In this document: in pieces, positions 59,324 to 64,000 of the stretch | Numbering within the stretch: position 1 is the stretch's first letter | How the letters are laid out: each line of letters starts with the position of its first letter | Origin: Clostridiales bacterium | Lineage (GTDB): Bacteria; Bacillota; Clostridia; Christensenellales; UBA1242 | DNA: 64,000 nucleotides | Assembly (NCBI GenBank): GCA_918262735.1 | Contig: CAKJYJ010000005.1 | Coordinates: 73,099 to 137,098 of the forward strand | Direction: 5' to 3' | Program-made: the position numbers and the translations under genes | The notes under the pieces: generated by a model | Database searches by the model: none | Told to the model about the DNA's origin: nothing | Seen by the model: only the letters and a program-made list of their open reading frames with translations

Positions 59324-59671
59324 TTAATTGTTGTCTGCAGATTTAATTTTTGCAGCCTTTCCTGTGAGCTCTCTAACATAGTAAAGTTTTGCTCTTCTTG
59401 GTTTACCAGCTCTAACAACTTGAACATGGTCGATTAATGGTGAATGAACAGGGAATGTTCTTTCAACACCAACACCGTTTGAAATTCTTCTAACGGTGAA
59501 TGTTTCTCTAACACTGCCGTTCTTACGAGCAATAACAACACCTTCATAACCTTGAAGCCTTTCTTTGTCACCTTCCTTAATTTTAACAAACACCTTAACG
59601 GTGTCACCAACGTTAAACTTAAGTTCATCTGCTCTCAAATTTTCTTTTTCAATTTGATCAATAACGTTCAT
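59324..59671 (-). CDS. rplS: 50S ribosomal protein L19
   Basis: [13 protein letters not shown]...FNVGDTVKV...[25 protein letters not shown]. Confidence 0.97.
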   Translation of the reverse strand: MNVIDQIEKENLRADELKFNVGDTVKVFVKIKEGDKERLQGYEGVVIARKNGSVRETFTVRRISNGVGVERTFPVHSPLIDHVQVVRAGKPRRAKLYYVRELTGKAAKIKSADNN

Positions 59672-59808
59672 TTGACTCTCCTCCTATATATTTTTACCAA
59701 GTGTTCATATCCCAAAGTTGATTGGACAATAACTGCAAATCTAACAAACGGGAGTGTTTGTTTTACGTTTGCTGGCCACAAAAAAGATAGCGGACCACCC
59801 GAAGTCTG
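59672..59808 (-). promoter_or_regulatory. rplS 5' leader, candidate L19 autoregulatory leader
   Basis: ~135-nt UTR that is GC-rich relative to its surroundings (GCAGACTTCGGGTGGTCCGC, AAACAAACACTCCCGTTTGTT hairpin). Firmicute rplS genes carry an L19 leader. Not verified. Confidence 0.4.
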
Positions 59809-59813
59809 CACAC

Positions 59814-59842
59814 ATTATATCACACGGCAATAAACAATGCAA
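59814..59842 (-). promoter_or_regulatory. sigma-A promoter of rplS
   Basis: Minus strand: TTGCAT (59842-59837), 17 nt spacer, TATAAT (59819-59814). Confidence 0.7.
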
Positions 59843-59934
59843 GCACTTTTTCAAAATAATAACTATATTTTTAATATAGCAAAACCATACTGAACCATCT
59901 ATTTGCAAATTATATAAAACATAAATATATTCAA

Positions 59935-61143
59935 TTATAATTTGATGCCATTTTTTTGCAACAAAACCCTTGCACTTTCAACCGAGTCAACACCAGTTTT
60001 GTTTTTTATTGGTGCAAATTCCCTTTCTCTTTCAACCTCATAAGGAAGACACGAACTTGAAAGTTCAACCATATCAACGCATAACATTTCAAATTTGTGC
60101 CCGTTTGGCTGTTCAGGTTTAATTGCGTTGCCATTTTCGTCCAAACACTCAATCTTTTTTGTTACCACATGAATTGGTAGTTTATCATCTTTTATTTTAT
60201 ACAATAAATCAACATTGAATAAATAATTTAAAATAACACCAAAGTTATACAATCTTTCACCATCTTCACCAGTTTCATGCGCCATTTCATCACTTAAGTC
60301 CATATATTCAATAACCGATGGCCTGCCATTTTTATTGCACATAACACCAACTTTTTCATATGGGTCAACCTTTCTAATTACCTTTGCCCCAACTTCAGCT
60401 CCAGATTTAATTGTTGCCCCAACAAAAACTGGGTCTGCCACCTTTTGCAAAACATTATCAACGGCAAAAACATTAATCCATTTCAGGTTAAAATCTTCAA
60501 GCATTTTTTTGGCCTCGGCATTATTTAGAAGAGAATTAAACCAACCACCATTACCATTTGGAGATGTTGCAATTCTGTTTTTCTTATCTAAAAGAATTTT
60601 ACCATTTAGGTCGGTGCATGGAGCCATTTCTTGAATAAAGAACTTAATGTATTTTTCATCATAACCAAAATAGTTTTTTTCGCGTAAAAAGGTTTTTGTT
60701 TTTTCATCATTAACGTCGCTTGTCATAATAAAAAATGGAATCATTACCCCCGCCTCTTTAACAACCCTTAACGCTTCATTAAAAAGACACTCAAAAATAT
60801 ATAAATTGTGGGTTAGTCCAACATTATACATACCCTTAGGGTCATTTGAACCAAGGCGGGTTCCCATTCCCCCTGCCAAAAGAAGCATACCAACCTCACC
60901 CCTTTTTATTGCCTCTAGCCCAATTTTTTTATATTCATTTTTATTTCTGTTTATCTCGTTAATTGTTAGGGCTTTTATTGGTGTAATTTGAATTTCCTTT
61001 TTTTCTTCTTTTTTGTTAAAACATTCAAGATACGAGAAATCCAAAGTTTCAATTTGATTATATAGTTCTTTTTTTTCATTAGCATTTAATTCTTGCTCAT
61101 ATTTTAATATGTGCATTTGATTATACTTTTTTAATTTGTCCAT
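59935..61143 (-). CDS. UDP-sugar pyrophosphorylase, UDPGP (UAP1/eukaryotic-type) family
   Basis: 402 aa. LLLAGGMGTRLGSNDPKGMY nucleotide-binding loop typical of the UDPGP family. Confidence 0.75.
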   Translation of the reverse strand: MDKLKKYNQMHILKYEQELNANEKKELYNQIETLDFSYLECFNKKEEKKEIQITPIKALTINEINRNKNEYKKIGLEAIKRGEVGMLLLAGGMGTRLGSNDPKGMYNVGLTHNLYIFECLFNEALRVVKEAGVMIPFFIMTSDVNDEKTKTFLREKNYFGYDEKYIKFFIQEMAPCTDLNGKILLDKKNRIATSPNGNGGWFNSLLNNAEAKKMLEDFNLKWINVFAVDNVLQKVADPVFVGATIKSGAEVGAKVIRKVDPYEKVGVMCNKNGRPSVIEYMDLSDEMAHETGEDGERLYNFGVILNYLFNVDLLYKIKDDKLPIHVVTKKIECLDENGNAIKPEQPNGHKFEMLCVDMVELSSSCLPYEVEREREFAPIKNKTGVDSVESARVLLQKNGIKL

Positions 61144-61271
61144 GACTTACTCCTCAATTACTATTATTTATACATATGCAAAATATAAGATTTATTCACT
61201 AAATCATAATTATTTTTTCGAAATTTGCTGTTTTTTTTGATAATTTTTATGTAATTTTTATATTTCAATAT

Positions 61272-61314
61272 TAAAAATGAGTGATGGTCAAATATATTAT
61301 TTGGCTGTTCACTC
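61272..61314 (-). terminator. probable terminator after valS
   Basis: Imperfect long hairpin GAGTGA...TCACTC followed by a T-rich tract on the minus strand. Confidence 0.45.
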
Positions 61315-61322
61315 ACCCATTT

Positions 61323-63728
61323 TTATAGAATAAAATTACCTATCTCAACATCAGTTCCATTTGTTATATTTATATTCTTTATGCTCATAACTGCTGTTAT
61401 ATCTTTCTCGCACGCTTTAACAAAATCAACATATTTTGTTCCAATGTTAACGTTTTCAATTTCCGTTTTTAATGAAACTTTTGCCTCAGATTTACTTTGA
61501 CGAATTTTTGAAACAATTGCAACAACCTCGTCACCCATTGGTAATATTTCTTTATCTTCATAATCTCCAATTTTTGCGATTTCTAATTTATGAATTGAAA
61601 TTCCTCCAACAACATCTTTGAATGTGTTTTGATATATTTCTTCGGTTACGTGTGGCATATAAATTGCAAACATCTTTAGCATTCCAAGAAGGGCATTATA
61701 ACAAACAAATTGTGCAGATTCTTTTGCTTTTTCTCCATATATTTCAGGCTTGTATAATCTGTTTTTAACAATTTCAACATAGTTGTCACAGAAGTTCCAG
61801 AAAAATGCCTCAAGTTCTCCCATTGCAAGACCAACTTCATACTTATCAAAGTATCTAACAAAATTATCAAACATTGCATTAAACTTGCAAAGAAGCCACT
61901 TATCCATTGGTAAAAGCTCAACGTCTTTTGGTGTGTAGCCTTCAACAAATTGCCAAACAAACTTGCTTGCGTTATATAGTTTGTTTAATAATCGTTGACC
62001 ATTCTTAAATTGCTCATCGCCAAATATAATATCTCTACCCAAACTACCAGTTGCTGTCCAATATCTAGTAACATCGGCACTATACATATCTATTAATGCA
62101 AGTGGGTCGCTCTTGGCATTGTTTTTGCTCTTTGATATTTTTTCTCCAGCACTAGCCATAATAAACCCAGAAATCATTATGTTATCCCATGGCTTAATCC
62201 CACTATGATAGAATGATTTAACAATTGTGTAAAAATCCCACGTTCTAATAATGTCGTGTGCATTTGGCCTTAGGCTCATTGGCATTAATTTGTTGTATGT
62301 CTCGTCATCAACATTCCACTTACAATTAATTTGTGGCGTAACAGAACTCGTTGCCCATGTGTCTAAAATGTCGGTTTCTGGAACAAATTGGGTTCCACCG
62401 CATTTTGGACATGGGTGTTTTGGATTTGTTGAAATTGGATTAACCGGCAAGTCCTCATTATCCGCAACAATTATTTCGCCACAATCCTTACAGTACCAAA
62501 CAGGGAAAGGTACGCCAAAGTATTTTTGTCTGCTTATGCACCAATCCATCATTAGGTTTTCAACCCAGTCGTTATATCTTGCCTGCATAAATGCTGGATA
62601 CCAAGTTATTTCATCACCCTTTCTTCTCCACTCGTCTTTATTTTCTAATGTTTTAATAAACCATTGTTTTTTTAGATTTATTTCCATTTCAGTTCCGCAT
62701 CTTTCGTGAACAGAAACTTGGTGAACAAGTGGGTCTTGCCCTATTAAAAGCCCGTTTGTTTTTAAGTCTTCAATAATAGCTTCTCTTGCCTCTTTTGATT
62801 TCATCCCAGCATATTTTCCTGCCCTTTCGGTCATTCTGCCAGCATCATCAATTGCAACTTTATACTCTAGGTTATACTTTTTGTACCATTGTGTGTCAGT
62901 TTGGTCACCAAACGTACAGCACATAACAGCACCAGTTCCCTTATCCATTTCTGCCTTATCATCAGTCATAATTGGAACATAAAAATCGTATAATGGCACC
63001 CTAACATTTTTACCAACTAAGTGTTTATATCTTTCATCATTTGGATTAACAAAAACACAATCACAAGCACACAAAAATTCGGGTCTTGTTGTTGCAATTT
63101 CCAAGTACTCATCACTGTTTTCAACAAAGAATTTTAAGTGGTTAAATGTTGTTTCAATTTCCTTTGTTTCGAGCTCAGACTGTGCAATTGCAGTGCGGCA
63201 CTTTGTGCACCAAAGTGCTGGAGCCTCCGCATAATATACCTTACCCTTTTTATATAAATCTAAAAATGACATCTGGCTGGTTTTTTGCGCATCTGGACTA
63301 ACCGTGTGATACCTTAAACTCCAATCGGCAGAATTCCCAATTTTTATAAACAAGTTCTTAAATTCGTCAACATATTTATTTACAACTTCCATGCAAATAT
63401 TGGTAAACTCTTCTCTTGGCATTGAATATGCCTTAATACCTCTTTCTTTTTCAACCAAAAGTTCTGTTGGAAGACCATTATCGTCAAAGCCAAATGGGTA
63501 AAAAACATTATACCCCCGCATACGTTTATACCTCGCAACAAACTCGGCTTGCGAATAACTAAAAATATGACCAATATGAATTTTACCACTAACCGTTGGG
63601 GGTGGTGTGTCTATTGAATAAATTGGTTTTGTTTGATTTTCTCTATCAAACTTATAAACTCCTTTTTCTTGCCAAAAGTCTTGCCATTTTTTTTCTGATG
63701 AATGATAATCGTATTTATTATCTAACAT
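61323..63728 (-). CDS. valS: valine--tRNA ligase (short, archaeal/actinobacterial-like type without C-terminal coiled coil)
   Basis: 801 aa. DTPPPTVSGKIHIGH (HIGH), FGFDDNGLPTE, DWCISRQ, KISKSK (KMSKS), plus a CxxC...CxxC insert. Confidence 0.75.
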   Translation of the reverse strand: MLDNKYDYHSSEKKWQDFWQEKGVYKFDRENQTKPIYSIDTPPPTVSGKIHIGHIFSYSQAEFVARYKRMRGYNVFYPFGFDDNGLPTELLVEKERGIKAYSMPREEFTNICMEVVNKYVDEFKNLFIKIGNSADWSLRYHTVSPDAQKTSQMSFLDLYKKGKVYYAEAPALWCTKCRTAIAQSELETKEIETTFNHLKFFVENSDEYLEIATTRPEFLCACDCVFVNPNDERYKHLVGKNVRVPLYDFYVPIMTDDKAEMDKGTGAVMCCTFGDQTDTQWYKKYNLEYKVAIDDAGRMTERAGKYAGMKSKEAREAIIEDLKTNGLLIGQDPLVHQVSVHERCGTEMEINLKKQWFIKTLENKDEWRRKGDEITWYPAFMQARYNDWVENLMMDWCISRQKYFGVPFPVWYCKDCGEIIVADNEDLPVNPISTNPKHPCPKCGGTQFVPETDILDTWATSSVTPQINCKWNVDDETYNKLMPMSLRPNAHDIIRTWDFYTIVKSFYHSGIKPWDNIMISGFIMASAGEKISKSKNNAKSDPLALIDMYSADVTRYWTATGSLGRDIIFGDEQFKNGQRLLNKLYNASKFVWQFVEGYTPKDVELLPMDKWLLCKFNAMFDNFVRYFDKYEVGLAMGELEAFFWNFCDNYVEIVKNRLYKPEIYGEKAKESAQFVCYNALLGMLKMFAIYMPHVTEEIYQNTFKDVVGGISIHKLEIAKIGDYEDKEILPMGDEVVAIVSKIRQSKSEAKVSLKTEIENVNIGTKYVDFVKACEKDITAVMSIKNINITNGTDVEIGNFIL

Positions 63729-63821
63729 ATTTTCTCCTTAAAATGTTTCGTAATTAACCAAAGGTTTGTGAGTATTGCTAAATATTGTGATTTTTTCTTT
63801 AACTTGCTCTGCGTTTTGTAT

Positions 63822-63850
63822 TAAAAAATCAAGTGGACGTGCCACTTGAT
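63822..63850 (-). terminator. leader terminator/attenuator upstream of valS
   Basis: Minus strand: ATCAAGTGG-CACGT-CCACTTGAT followed by TTTTTT, about 95 nt upstream of the valS ATG. Confidence 0.6.
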
Positions 63851-63883
63851 TTTAATAACAATTTAATGGCACACAAACAAACT

Positions 63884-63901
63884 GTGTGAATTAATTCACA
63901 C
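63884..63901. promoter_or_regulatory. perfect 18-bp palindrome matching Rex / CRP-FNR type operators
   Basis: GTGTGAATTAATTCACAC fits both TGTGA-N6-TCACA and TGTGAA-N4-TTCACA. Confidence 0.4.
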
Positions 63902-64000
63902 TATTTTTTGTTCACGACCACCACCAAAACTTCCTTCATGTGCTCAAGTTTAACACAAAATATATGGTGATGTCAAATGTCAAACAATATTTATTCTTTA

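Noticed and set aside
59057-59427. ORFs 59057-59263 and 59239-59427 (68 and 62 aa) in the rplS downstream spacer
   Set aside because: They overlap the rplS 3' end and terminator and the start of the membrane protein gene. They have no RBS and lysine-rich junk translations.
63917-63929. Calling the valS leader a T-box riboswitch as a feature
   Set aside because: Only a loose match (GGTGGTGGTCGTG) to the T-box sequence is visible. I could not pair it with the terminator 5' arm, and Stem I would lie outside the window. It is kept as a hypothesis in the findings, not as a feature.

Overview
Low-GC (roughly one-third G+C by eye) Firmicutes-like chromosomal segment using the standard genetic code. 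The 1187- and 1237-aa rpoC and rpoB ORFs have no in-frame TGA. I call about 57 protein genes, and all but 9 small ones are on the minus strand. Most of the window is core housekeeping in familiar Firmicute synteny: dtd, mnmA, hslVU-trmFO-topA-dprA-comM, infC-rpmI-rplT, ytxC-like plus thrS with a Thr T-box, clpX-clpP-tig, rpoB-rpoC, dnaB, typA, a divIVA-like gene, lgt, tpiA-pgk, rplS and valS. There is one tRNA-Thr(GGU), and no rRNA, CRISPR array, integrase or transposase. Two regions look accessory. (i) 3.5-11.3 kb holds GNAT and NDT-like genes and a polysaccharide module: GT4, wecB, a processive QxxRW-type GT2 synthase and a CotH-like lipoprotein. (ii) 30.6-38.8 kb holds a zinc-ribbon/helical protein plus an atypical PHP phosphoesterase operon, a 1234-aa lipoprotein with six tandem ~100-aa modules, and two unknowns. 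The most unusual thing I can see directly is non-coding: four phased ~112-nt tandem units (6276-6757), each with a 58-nt GC-rich core bearing a hairpin, lying in register with tRNA-Thr. They carry one compensatory stem substitution and the same CTCCA 3' end as the tRNA, and I cannot assign them to any named RNA or repeat family. All product calls rest on motif recognition and synteny from memory. No database search was possible, so names of less familiar families (GGGtGRT, CotH, DUF2225-like, YtxC-like, NDT-like) are provisional.
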